Shown: piece by piece, positions 1 to 13,160 of the stretch
Numbering within the stretch: position 1 is the first letter of the stretch
Layout of the letters: the number at the start of each line of letters is the position of its first letter
Source: the human T2T-CHM13v2.0 reference genome, Homo sapiens
Assembly: GCF_009914755.1 (NCBI RefSeq)
Contig: NC_060929.1
DNA length: 64,000 nt
Direction: 5' to 3' (one strand)
Made by a program: the position numbers and the translations under genes
The notes under the pieces: generated by a model
Database searches by the model: none
Told to the model about the DNA's origin: nothing
What the model saw: the letters and a program-made list of their open reading frames with translations, nothing else

Positions 1-2099
1 TCCAAACTTCATTATTGATCTTTCTTTAAGAAAACATTTCTTAAAATGTAAATATTTGTTTGGCCAAAAACTTTCTTTAGAGTTCAATTTTGCTTAGCAT
101 TGTTCTCAGCTCTTATACCTGGAAATAACATATGGCTCCCAGGTGTCTGGGACTGGGGTAGGGTGCTATATAAAATAAATAATAGACAAAGTGATCTGGG
201 ATGATAAAATGTTGTATAAAATCTCCTTTGAGACCTGGTGGAAGTAACGTGAGCTTCAGAAAGGAAGAGGTGAGAAAAACTTTCAAAGAGGGAGTGATAT
301 TCAGCACATTTTTAAACTATAGAAACATGTTGGCCAGTTTGCCATGTAACCACGGCAAAGAGAAATGAAGACCAGAATTTACAGATTTGTGTAAATGTAT
401 GGGCTTGTAGAATACATACGAGAATAAAAAAGAGAATGATAAGTCGTTTGGAATGACATGCACTACTCCATGTGTTGACATGATAAGGGATAATCAGATG
501 AATAAAATTCTCATTCACTTGCCTAAAGGGTTTAGACTATCCTGTGAGGGGTTGAGAGCCATGGAAGGAGTCTAACAAGGAGATGAACCTAAGTTTTTCC
601 TGAGAGTTTCTCGGGGATAAACCAAAACATGGTGGGGGCTAAAGCCATGTAGAATACTTAGAAGCAATTATTCCAGGGTCAGATCCAAAGTCAGGCAGTG
701 GATTTGAATACTGAAAGGAGCTAATGTTTGGTAAGTGAGTGAAGAGACAGCAACATCACTCACTGACCTGCAGAGTCCTTAATATTGTGGCTTATCTACC
801 AATAATTTCACCGATGCTCTTCCAGTGAATCCAAAGGAATCACCTTTTTTAGGGGCCATATCTTTCGTAACATATCCTTGAACGTTCTGTTCCTTCTGCC
901 CAAAATAGCCTGTTACTCTTCTCTGATCAGTTATCTGACAAGATTTAGCTTAAAGGGCTTTATTTTGAAAATATTCTTTCATGCTTTGAGGCAGTAGCAG
1001 ACACTCCCTCTTTACTACATGAAAAATTCCGCCTTTCAATGTACAGATCTTAGTACACTGTAAGTATTCATTTGTGGTCTGTGTTCCCACTTGGTTATGA
1101 CTTTCTAAGGGTTCCAGGCTATGTCTTAACTTTTGGAAAGTAGCAGATATTTGGGATATATGGAGAATTAATTTAAATTAATAATCAATAATTACAACTT
1201 TTTCTAGGACATATAAGGTTGTCCAATAAAATATATAAATATAATATGTCACAGTATTTCCAATAATTCTACTGTTTTTTTATACTCAATTGGTCACATT
1301 TCCATCTAGGAAATATTGATATAAAACATATAAATTAGCTTCATATACTTCAAAGTAGTGAATGTAAAAACAACTACAGTTTAATCTTCTGTATAATTAG
1401 CAGAGACAAATCAACATTTTATTTTTGTCTTTGGCCAAACCCTGACCAGTTTGTGTTGCCCAAATATGATTTTCTTTTTCTTTCAACAGAATAACATCTG
1501 GCAAAAGCCCAGGTCATTTTTAAATACTATAATTTTCTCTTAATCAGCTTTCTTGTCCAGAGCCTCATTTTCCTCTAATCAGTTCAGGTGTTCCTCATTG
1601 TTAGTGCCAATTCAAAATTATCAGTGTTCAAGATTGTTTTCTAAGCTAGTCACCCAGCAAATTCTTTTTATATCACAACTTTCTTCACATGCTTTTGCCA
1701 TTACTACCCATTCATCTCTTGGTCCATTTTCCTAAGTAATAACCTGTGCTTGGAAATATGTTCTATTAAATATCCACCGACTACTATGTCTAGTATAAAC
1801 TTCAGTTTTGAATCATTCCCCTCATACAAAATTGTCAAAATATGTTAAATATTCTAAAACATTGCTGTATTTTTCTATTCTACGCTTGTCACAAATTAGA
1901 GCTACTTGTGCACCATTCCTTAAGTAATTCAATACTTTGAATTCATGTTAGTAGCATGACCTGGGATTGTTCTTAGAGAAGTGCCGTAAGAACACATTGC
2001 CTTTCTGTTACAGGAGAAAATATTGAAGAAGTTTGTCATATGAGAATCCGTAAGGGGATCTGTTGCCAGGCAGATGAGATCTGTGGCCAAATCATAAAT

Positions 2100-2238
2100 T
2101 TGCTAATAAGATGCTATGTGGCCATTGATGAATTACTTGCAGTCGCTAAGCTTCAGTTTTCTCAAATATGAGAAAAATAGATAATATATTTCTCACGGAA
2201 TTTCTGTGAGGTTTGCAATTAATACAAGTGCCAAACCT
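2100..2238 (+). mobile_element. MIR SINE fragment
   Basis: Degenerate MIR core: 'gctatgtggccattgatgaattactt...cttcagttttctcaaatatgagaaaaatagataata...tgtgaggttt'. Confidence 0.55.
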
Positions 2239-2543
2239 ACAAACTTTATTTAGTCAGCACATATGTTTTGAACATGAAACCTATCCTGTAATTGTACATT
2301 ATGTATGTCTATAAGCATGAAAGCATAGAAATCCTAATTTCCCGCCATATAGCAAAATATAAATGTCTTTATTTTCTAACTTTGAACAATTCTAATAGCC
2401 ATATTTTGGTCAAAATCAAGCATATGTTTAATGACATTTGGCAGTGCTACACATAAGATCAACGTGAGCAATAAGGTTAACATAGTCTGTTGAAAATAAA
2501 AAGGAAGATTTGATTTAAAAAATAGCTTCACATAATAAAATTT

Positions 2544-2897
<354 letters not shown>

Positions 2898-2980
2898 TTA
2901 TGAAAATAATACTAATTACCTTGTTGCTTTTATAAATAAATGGCTGTGTACATTTTCACGACTGTTTAAAAAATCAATAA

Positions 2981-3051
2981 TGTATGATTAAACACTTTAT
3001 GTATGATTAAACTTTTTACATATGATTAAACTTTTTACATATGATTAAACT
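2981..3051. repeat. Minisatellite, about 19 bp unit x ~4
   Basis: Repeated unit 'tatgattaaac(a/t)(c/t)ttt(a)..'. Confidence 0.85.
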
Positions 3052-3927
3052 ATGTGTTTGAATATATAAATAGCTCCTTAACATCCATATAATATGTGTT
3101 GTAGAGTCTTAGGTTGATATATAATACAGCATAAAGAATACATTTAAATCAAATATAAATTAATACATACATATATAGTCTGCTGTTTTTGTCCATTTTG
3201 ATAAACGGCTATGTTTAAAATACATGGTTATTAAAAAGAATTGGTGACAATTGGTTATTAAAAAGTTGGGTGACAAAGTTGAGAAGTGATTCAGCTTTTA
3301 CTGAGAACCTGTTACACATCTGATCCATTTCTGGATGCTCTACCTATATTAATTAATTGAATCCTTGCCGCAGTTCTTAGGCTTATAAGCATAAACACCA
3401 TAGTGTTTCCCCCATTTTGCTAGGAGGGAAAGCAGCTCTGAGACATAATCAGTGTTTTCTCTGGTAATGAGGATGTTAAACTACAGTAAGTTTGAGACTT
3501 TGTCTCATCTACTCAAGTCCATCATGCAACTTAACTTCCCTCTTAAGGGGGATTATGGCTTAACATTTATGACTTAAATTTTGCTTCTAATTTTTATATG
3601 GTGGTCTTGAATAAAAAATCACTAGCTGAGTCTGACTTAAGATAGGGTTGCTAAGCATCAAGGAATATGTAAATTAATGTAATTGAACTCTTTTTCTCCC
3701 TCTGGGGAAGGTTAGATTAAGATGAGTGGCCTTTGCCCTTATCAAAAATATGAGACGACTTTTTGTCAAGTATTTGCATAATTAATACACATCAATTACA
3801 AACATAATGAGTATTCATCTACTACAAAAATAGTTTTATTTTTTAAAAGACTTAATTTTACACATATAAAGATAGTACATATCTAAAAATCTGTAAACTG
3901 TTTATTGACCATAAAAACAACTTTCTA

Positions 3928-4009
3928 TTTTTTTTTTTTGCAAACATAATTGCGGTGTTTGTCATTACTTTTAATGGCAAAAACTGAAACTACTTGTGCA
4001 CCAAGCTGG
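3928..4009. mobile_element. MADE1 (Hsmar1-derived MITE), left terminus eroded to a T run
   Basis: 'tgcaaacataattgcggtgtttgtcattacttttaatggcaaaaactgaaactacttgtgcaccaa' matches the palindromic 80-bp MADE1; TA at 3926-3927 and 4010-4011. Confidence 0.85.
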
Positions 4010-4374
4010 TATGTTTTCAATATATTACAAATAAAATAATAAGATATATTTGTCTTGTCTTTCATTTATGGAAAACAGTTCTTTCTCCTATATGAAAACA
4101 TTAAATTGTTTAGCTTATTTTCCAGAAATATTGTACTCAGTGAAAGAAGATTTAAATTAACAAAGATAACACCGAAATTTCTTGGATCACTTTCCAGTAT
4201 TTTCTAATCTGTGTAATATAACACACATGTATGTAACTTAGAAGGCAGTTTTACTATTACCTTAGTGAGATATATATCTACTACTTCCTGAGTAACTTGA
4301 AAGGTTTGGAAATATTTACATTTGAGCATCTGAATGATATAAAGGTTCAGGCAAGAAAAAAGAAGTTTTCCATA

Positions 4375-4712
4375 CGGTAGCCTCGACCTTATTCACAGGG
4401 GATGTATTCCAAGACCCCCAATGGATGCCTGAAACCTCAGATAGTTCCTAAAGCCACTTAAACTCTGATTCTTATACAATCACTTTGTATTGGGCAAGCA
4501 GCAAATACAGCGCGGATAAGCTGGCCAAAGGGATGATTCACATTCAGAGTGGAATAGAGTGGAACAGAGCATGATTTCATCACGCTACTCAGAACATCAC
4601 AGAATTTAAAACTTACAATTTGCTTATTTCTGCAATTTGTCATTTAATATTTTTTTGGCTGCAGAAAACCGAAATCTCAGAAAGTGAAATTGTAGGTAAG
4701 GGGGCACTACTG
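4375..4712 (-). mobile_element. MER44A-like (Tigger7 family) DNA transposon
   Basis: TIR-like ends 'cggtagcctcgaccttattcacaggggat' and 'taagggggcactactg'; TA on both flanks; internal 'gatttcatcacgctactcagaac'. Confidence 0.85.
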
Positions 4713-5575
4713 TATCTGCGACTGAATCTTAATTCCTTACACATGCTAAACAAGGACTCCTTTTGGCCATTTCAGGATTATTATTTGAATACATTTGTCA
4801 ATATAAAGTGGGAAAGTTTCCATTTTCCTGTTATATCCTTTGAAAAAATAATCTTTTGGATCCAAGGATCCAAAGCAACAGACATTTTTTGTATGACAGC
4901 CAATTATTCACGCATTACCCTTAATTATGCTTTCTAAATTATATATTGAAATCCCAAACTTCTTATCCACAACATTTAAACATCTCAATTGTTCCTAATA
5001 GAGTAGGTTGTCTAAGGGAAAAGAAGGACTTCTTAGTATGTGTATATTAGTGCATATTAGTACTGTTTGTGGGAGGTGATTGTTGCAAAGTTCAAAGAGA
5101 TTCTTCGTGGTCAGAAAGAGGTAGATGCTTATAGTAAAGCTTACCTTATAGAAACAGGGTAAGAGACATTATAACTATATTTTATTATAAATTAGATGAC
5201 TATACATTTTTACAATTCTACTGATAAATCTCTTTTCCTTGTAACATTCTCATTAGAACATGTAAAATGCTTGGCCGTTCTCCCAGAAAAATTCTGGTAT
5301 TTGCAAGTCTTGTCTTTCATTTAAGTGATATTCAACTTGCAAGGTTTACAGCAAAATTATTCAAGTTCTGCTTTAATGCTTACTTAAAACAAGGATGTTT
5401 CCATAAGATTATGAGATTACCTGTGCAAATTATTTATTGGAAAATGATTAATGGCTAATTTTTAAACTGGCTTTTCTGTGAAACAGAATAGTGAATTTTA
5501 AAGTCTTATTATTTGCAGAATTCAGAAGGATATCTTGTACTAATTGCATTATTCCAAAACATGATAAAATGTAAC

Positions 5576-5872
5576 TGTATTAGTTTCTTTTCCTGTGTAA
5601 CACATTACCACAAACTTAGGGCTGCAAAGCAACACAGTCCTATATATAAGAAGCAAATGGAGAGACTGAGTTTTCTGCTCAAATTATCGCAAGGCTGAAC
5701 TTAAGGTGTTTGCTATTCTGAGTTCTCACCTCGATATTCTGGAATGATATCTATTCCTAAGTTTATTCTGATGGCTGTCAGAATTTAGTTTCATGTAGTT
5801 GTAGGATTGAGGTATTGTTTTCCATGATGGCTGTTGGCTGGGGGCCACCCTCAGCTCCCGGAGGCTACCTGA
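5576..5872 (-). mobile_element. MLT1 (MaLR) LTR fragment, MLT1D/E-like
   Basis: 'tgtattagtttc...tgtaacacattaccacaaacttagg' and 'cagaatttagtttcatgtagttgtaggattgagg...ggggccaccctcagctcc'. Confidence 0.7.
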
Positions 5873-7992
5873 ACTTTGGGTCAAATTATTTTCCAGCCAA
5901 AGGCTTGTCATTAAAGAACTATCCTATTGCATAAAAATGTCTAGGACCTTGTAATACAACTTTACTCTGTCAATGGCTGAGGGCCACCCAAGAAGAGTGT
6001 GACTTTAGCTCTTTGAGGCTGATTATGTAGTTAATAGCTAAAAGCTGTCAGCTAACCACACTTTTTCAAAAGGACTCTGAACAGGACATCTCAGTGTGTG
6101 TCATATTTATAGAGAAAAAAATCAAATTGCCATATATAGTGTTTAGCCTAAGGCTATGTTCATAGAAACACATGGACAAGAATGTTGTGAGGTATCTGTC
6201 CAGACAGTGGTATAATCCTAAGATATTTCATGGACTACATCTGATTGGTCAACAAATCTTACATCTGATTATTGTAGTTTTTCTAGTACCAATAAATATT
6301 TGTTCCAGGATCAACAGACAACTAGAGTTTTCTGTATATATGAAAGATAAGATGCCATTATTGGCCGTGATACATTGTGAGAGAAGTGATGCTGGATTAA
6401 AAAAGCAGAAAACAAAAGAGAAAAATAAAAGCTGAGTTGTGTTGTACAAATATATACTTAATACATATCAGTTAAGGACATAAAGAATTTAGACATACTC
6501 AGATGTGAATGGCCAAAAAAGGGCTGAAGATAATTATTCACATCCCAATGAAGGTTGTATAATATTAGGAATTACGAGTTAGGCCATGCAGAGTGTCCTA
6601 CACTATCTGAAAGAAAGTGGATTTTATAAGACCAGCTATACCTGCATAGACATATAGAATCACAGAATTATAAGAAGGTTGTGCAGATATTATGAAATGA
6701 TGAGGCTGAACTAATATAACCATGTTTGCTCTGTCAGAGGAATTGTGCTGCAGTGGGAATAATTGACTATTTAAATAGAAAATGTAAAAAATTGACACTG
6801 GGCTTACCCACCTCCTTGATTCAGAGGATACAGGTACCTATATACATTTTATTTAATTTCTCTGAGATTTACAGAAGCTCAAGAGAGTCATGAGGAATCT
6901 CAGCTATATCATTATTTTTACCTGTGCATGAACTGCGCCAGTGTTTTTAGCAGAAAGTTATAGATAAAATAGTTCTGGAGTTCTGTGAGCTGCTCTGATC
7001 TTTATTCATTCTGCTTTACGTTGGACTTAATTTTATCTCTGAAAAAAGGTGGCTACGGTTGGATTATTATGATGAATTTCCATAAAAACCCAGGATTCTT
7101 TAGCATATACTGGGAAGAAAAGATAGACTTGAAAAAGTAGTGGTTTAAAATTTTTGTGAATTAATGAATTTTAAAAGTGGCCAGTGTCACCACAGAGTCC
7201 TGAGTATAATGTTCGGTATGCTAGCTTGGCAAATCTAAAGTGGCAGGTAACAAAGGCTAAGAATTCTCCAGTGACCTCATGCAATTTCTGAGAGCACTAG
7301 GGAGTTGGCAAACTACCTCACTTACACCTCATAAAGTGAGACCTTCGATTCACCCCTGCTGCTCTCTGTGCTCCTCTTTCTAATTTCTTCAATTGGGAAG
7401 TCAGGTAGTGACCCTGGCTGTGAAGGGAATCCAAGATACTCATGCATACACTATTTTGTATTTTTGAAAAAAACAAAACAAAACAAGAAAAATCTAGAGC
7501 AGCAACTCCGGAGAATCTTCAACCTTTATTTGAGATTTTTTAGAGACTAAGAATAGAATAATTATTTAAGGCATAAAATAAATATTTCAAATTCCACAAT
7601 TCACAAATGTCCTTGCACAGAAGCAATTGACACTTAAAGATGAGTGGTGGAAGTATATTATTACAGACTACAAATGGGAGATGAAGAAAATTCACCTTCT
7701 ATCTGAAAGCTGGACAATCAAGGCTCATCCAGTGCAAAGCAAATAGAGTGTCCAACATCTGTAACAATGAACGGTGACATCTGGGGAATGTGGGGAGCTG
7801 GTATTGAGAGCCAGATTGAAAGATGGGACAAGACTGACCTACCAATCCACACAGCAGAAGCCATGTTTCTAAATTCAAAATATAAGCCCCTTTTAAAAAG
7901 CTTATTTTCTAGAAGGCTATTTCTTCTTTATCCTCAAAAAATGACAGTATGTATGTAGCAGTTAATAAAATCTTATAAATCTAAATGAGTTT

Positions 7993-8083
7993 GTATACAT
8001 ATAAACTCATTATATATGTATGCATGTGTATGTGTATTATATATGTACGTATATGTGCATGTATATATATATAATATATATAT
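7993..8083. repeat. (TA/TG)n low-complexity microsatellite
   Basis: Alternating tatatg/tgtata runs. Confidence 0.75.
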
Positions 8084-10226
8084 AAAACAAAGTTTAAAAG
8101 AAAGAAGAAACCAGTGACTGTCCCTGACTTTAGTTTCTGTTCGAGATCTGACAAGAGCAAGATATTTTTCAGCAAAAATGGACAAGTTATATTTTACAGA
8201 GATAGTAGAGATAAAACTGAACTTTAAAGAAAAAATAGAACATTCTAAAAAGCAAAAATCATCCCAGCTGAGTAGAAATAGTAATAATATATATGAAATC
8301 AAGATTTGGAGAGTTTGTTATCACAAGGTTTCAAATCAGCATTTGTACTTTGTTGTGTGAATCTCGAATCTTATCATTTTGCTGCCTTATTACTTTTAAT
8401 TGAATGTGCCAGGCTTAGTAGTAGACACTTCAATAATCTGTATCATTTATAGTTATACAGTTTCTAGTGACATATGATTTATCTGTGGTTAGAAGCCAAG
8501 CACACAGTAAACTCTTAAACTTGACGATCTAGTTTGACATAGAATATGTGGGTGATGTTCCTTTCATTGGTGAGTAGTTTCTCTCATTTCAATAGAACAT
8601 TTTCTGAAAAAAATAATAAGTTGTTGTTGAAACAGCTTTTTAAAACATCAGATGAGTAAAAAAATAGATTAATTTGCCCAGGGTCACATAACACATTAGT
8701 AGTAGTAAATCTGTGAAAGATTCAGGGTTCACTTAATTAACTTTTGGGTTACTCTTAATTTTGAGGCATTAGTATGCTAAGCTCTATTACTTTAAGTTGC
8801 ATTTTTGGAAAGTACCAATGTTGAGATATTGTGGGGGAAAAGGAAACACAAAAGATATTATCTCCCAATATTTTCCTTGCATGTGACCTTGGAAAACAAA
8901 CCTATGACCTCTCTGCAGCTCTAAAACTGGTTTTCTTTAACCTGCAATGCATGCTTAGTCAGAGGTTCAGAAAGAGTAAGTGATTAACGATGCTTCTGGT
9001 AGTGACAAAGATTGGTATCTTCCTTTTTTAAAAAAAAAAATGCTTCCTCCTTTACAAAATGCTGACGTTAAGCTAAGTAAGTTCTATAACCTCTTTTTCA
9101 TCTCAAATGTCCTTGTACTGTGGACCACAAAAATCAGAGAATGCTATCTTCTGAAGGACAGGTATGACCCTTATCAAACAGCCTAGAGCACAGCTGCTGT
9201 GCTCAACTGTACCAAAATGCTCAGACTAGTAGAAATCAGTTTTGCAAGTATCACACAAGATGAAATGAATGGCTCACCAGGAAGTAAACAGCCTGGCTGA
9301 AATCCATAGTCTCAACATTTCTGCCTTCTGAATGAATGTGACTCAAAAACATAAGATTCTGTAATCATTTCTGCCTAATGTGGCTGTAGTGATCATTTTT
9401 TCTTCCCAATATGAAAAGTCAAATCTCTTATTGAAGAATAGTAGAACCAAATAACAAATCAGAAAGAGACTATTTTAAAAATATATCTGTTTCCATTTAC
9501 AACCAGGTTCTCTATATTCTGTCATGCTTTTGGCAAACAATATGCATAAGCACTTTTAGTACATATAAAAACTAATCTAGTCCATTAACATTACTAATGC
9601 CTGTACAATAAAAATACAGTAGTTATGTAGACTGTCTTTGATTTTACAAATGAACATCAGTTATTTACAGTTTAATTTCAAGCTCTTTATGCTGATTAGA
9701 TGTTATTCCAGTGAAAATATAAATACAGTATAAATTTGATGTATATTTCTTTAAAAAGCATCTGATCCTGAAGTGGCACAATATAAAAGAAGAGAAACCT
9801 CATACAAGAATGACACAATTCTCAGACATTACATAAAATTGAAAAGAATGACTTACAATAAAACAGATGGCAGTGGAAGCAGCTGCATGCTATCATTTCT
9901 GAAGTGCGTTAGACACATATGTGGATGGAAATATGGTGTGTGTGGGGGGAAAAGAATTGTGACTGTACATGAAAATGAGAAATTGATGAAATTTTGGCTT
10001 TTCTACCATGAGACTAAAATATCAGGGCTAGGGATTCTTTTTCCTTCAAGTACTTTCCTATCTACCAAGTGAAAGGGGACTGTTACTCTTACGTAAGCAA
10101 TTTTAAAAATTCCACTGTGATGCTTTTTCACACCCCCTGTTTATTTAAAATTACCATATAGCCTGGCTTGTTTTTATGCAAATTCCCACTTAAATTTCAA
10201 ACATACAGTGCTTTGGAGATGTGGTT

Positions 10227-10722
10227 TGTAATGACTAATTTTATGTGTTAACTTGACTGGGCCACACTGTGCCCAGATATTTGGTTAAACATTATTTCTA
10301 GGTGCATCAGTAAGAATATTTATGGCTGAGATTAACATTTGAATCAGTGGACTGTGTAAAGCAGATTGCCTTTTCCAATATTGGTTGGCCTCATTCAATC
10401 CATCGAAGGTCTGAATATTTTCTCTGCCTGAGTTTCTTCAAGCTAGGACATCAGCCTTCTACCTTTAAACTTGGGCTCCAACTGGACCATAAACTATTTG
10501 CTCTTCTGGTTCTTAAGACTTGGATTCTGACTGAAACTATGCTATGGGCTCTACTGGGTTTGGACTACTCAACCTTCATAATTGTATGAACCAATTACTT
10601 ACAATAGATCTCTCTCTTTCTCTCTTTCCATAGATAGATAGATAGAGATAAAGATTAGATATAGATATAGAGACACACACATCCTGTGGGTTCTGTTTCT
10701 CTAAAGAACTCTGCCCAATATA
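10227..10722 (+). mobile_element. MLT2 (ERVL) solo LTR with internal (TC)/(GATA) microsatellite
   Basis: Start 'tgtaatgactaattttatgtgttaacttgactgggccac', 'gagattaacatttgaatcagtggact', end 'ttctgtttctctaaagaactctgcccaatata'. Confidence 0.85.
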
Positions 10723-10729
10723 TGATTCA

Positions 10730-11078
10730 ACAATTATTCACGTACTCTTCCTTCCAGGAACTTTATATTAAAGCATGTAAGGTTGACTTGCATAACCAAT
10801 AAATGTAAGTGCACTGGTTGCTTTCACATAAAACCTTTCAAATCCATTATATGATTGGCCATAGCTGCTTTCTTTTTTTCTGTCTCAGCAATTAGGTGAG
10901 CATGGAGGAAGAGCCTCTGTCATCCTGGGTCCTCCAGCAATTATAATGAGTGAAATACTCCTGCCAACACACATTATTAGACACATAGTGTTAGTGAGGA
11001 ATAAACTAGTGCAGTATTAGCCATTAAATTTGGGGATTTTTTTATGACTGCATAAATCATCCCTGTTTTGATTGGTAT
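10730..11078 (+). mobile_element. Old MLT1 (H-K-like) LTR remnant
   Basis: 3' end 'gaggaataaact...agccattaaatttggggatttttttatgactgcataa...gattggtata' resembles MLT1 termini. Confidence 0.45.
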
Positions 11079-11197
11079 ATTCCAGGCCTGTCCATGCAAT
11101 TTATTATATGCTGGATTTACAATTATTTATTTTAATAATGATGAGCCAGGTACTGTACTGTAAGAAGTGTTTCTGATACTAAAACACATAAAGTGAT

Positions 11198-11570
11198 TGC
11201 ATTATTCTATTCTCACACTGCTATAAAGAACTGCTTGAGATTGGGCAATTTAGAAAGAAAAGAGATTTAATTAACTCATACTTCTGCATGGCTGGGGAGG
11301 CCTCAAGAGGCTTACAATCATGGTGGAAGGGGAAGCAGTCACATCTTACATGGTGGCAGGTGAGAGAGTGAAAAGTCCAGGGGAAAGTGCCATTTATAAA
11401 ACCATCAGATCTCATAAGAACTCCCTCACTATCATGAGAACAGCATGGGAGAAACCATCCCCATGGTCCAATCACCTCCCACTGGGTCCATCCCTTGACA
11501 TGATACATGGGGATCATGTGGATTACAATTCAAGATGAGATTTGGGTAGGGACACAACAAAACCATATCA
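11198..11570 (-). mobile_element. THE1D/MSTA-type MaLR solo LTR
   Basis: 'tgcattattctattctcacactgctataaagaa' to 'gagatttgggtagggacacaacaaaaccatatca'; near-identical 5-bp TSD gtgat/gtcat. Confidence 0.88.
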
Positions 11571-12475
11571 GTCATCTTTTTTTAAAAGAGAAAATGATAC
11601 TCAGAAATATTAACTTGCTGAGAGTGATTGAGCTGGGCACAAAACTCAAGTCTGTGTAGTGCCCTTTCTAATTTCTGCTAATAACTATTATTTGTTGTTT
11701 TTGTTCTTGTTTCTGGTTTCACTTTATAGCAGGACTGAATTTGATAGCTGAATATATTTTTCTCCATTTTGTTTTTGTATTGTTGTTGTTGTTGCTGTGG
11801 TTTTAGTCATTTTTTGTTGAAGTTTGAGGGATGAAGAACAGTTATTGTATAATAAGTCAATACTCACAACAGTATATTAGAAAGTCATTAAGGCATTTGA
11901 CAAAATTATTTATAAAATCACTATGAATATAGAAGATAAATGTGGACTAAAAAAGTACAATAAAATAGATTCATGACAATTTACAGAAAGTGTATCCAAA
12001 GGGTGCTGATCCACAGCTGTTCACCAGGTGAACTTTAACAGCTTACATGTCAAACAGACTGGAACTAGGAGGTGATGACTTCTCTCTGTATTAGTATTTT
12101 CATGTGCACAATGGAAAACTGTTACTACCGTAGCTATTGATTGTGAGGATTTTATAGACAATGTAGGTAAATTGCTTAGCATGTCAGATAATACATCCTA
12201 AATAAATTTAAAGATGATACTTAAAAAGAAGAAAAAAGAAGGAGAAGGAGTGAAAAAAAGAGGAGGGAAAGTGGAGTCAAAGCTCTGTCCTTGGGCTGTC
12301 ATGTTCAAAGCTTTTAAATGACTAGATTAGAACCTCTAAGGTATGTCACATTGTTTGCAGTTGTCCACAAAAATGCACACAAGCAACGTTATGCTTAATA
12401 TTTCACTAGGCATTCAGCTTAATAGGGATCCATAGTGGTAGGTGGCTCAGAAAACAAACAGAAAATAACATATAA

Positions 12476-12979
12476 CAAGTATTGAATATCTTTGTAATTT
12501 TCTGTCTCATTCATCTGTCTAATATTGACAGTGGAGTGTTAAAGTCTCCCACTATTATTGTGTGAGTGTCTAAGTCTCTTTGTAGGTCTATAAGAATTTG
12601 CTTTTTGAATCTGGCTGCTCCTGTATTGGGTGCATATATATTTAGGATAGTTAGCTCTTCTTGTTGCATTGATCCCTTTACCATTATGTAATGCCCTTCT
12701 TTGTCTTTTTTGATCTTTGTGGGTCTAAAGTCTGTTTCATCAGAGATTAGGATTGCAACCCCTGCTTTTTTTTTGCTTTCCATTTGCTTGGTAAATATTC
12801 CTCCATCCCTTTATTTTGAGCCTATGTGTGTCTTTGCACGTGACATGGGTCTCCTGAATACAGCACACCGATGGGTCTTGACTCTTTATCCAATTTGCAA
12901 GTCTGTGTCTTTTAATTGGAGCATTTAGCCCGTTTACATTTAAGGTTAATATTGTTATGTGTGAATTTGATCCTGTCAT
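12476..12979 (-). pseudogene. L1 ORF2 endonuclease N-terminus (inverted segment, frameshifted)
   Basis: ORF track: MTGSNSHITILTLNVNGLNAPIKRHRL... and ...AGVAILISD...IIVGDFNTPLSILDR. Confidence 0.92.
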
Positions 12980-13160
12980 TATGATGCTAGCTGGTTATTT
13001 TGCCCATTAGTTGATGCAGTTTCTTCATACTGTCGATGCTCTTTACAATTTGGTATGTTTTTACAGCAGCTGATACCGGTATTTCCTTTCCATATTTAGT
13101 GCTTCTTCAAGGAGCTCTTGTAAGGCAGGGCTGGTAGTCACAAAATCTCTTAGTATTTGC

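Noticed and set aside
11285-11330. PRDM9 hotspot motif in THE1-type LTRs
   Set aside because: The reverse strand reads CCTCCCCAGCCAT, not the hot CCTCCCT variant. The two proviral LTRs are further diverged at this site.
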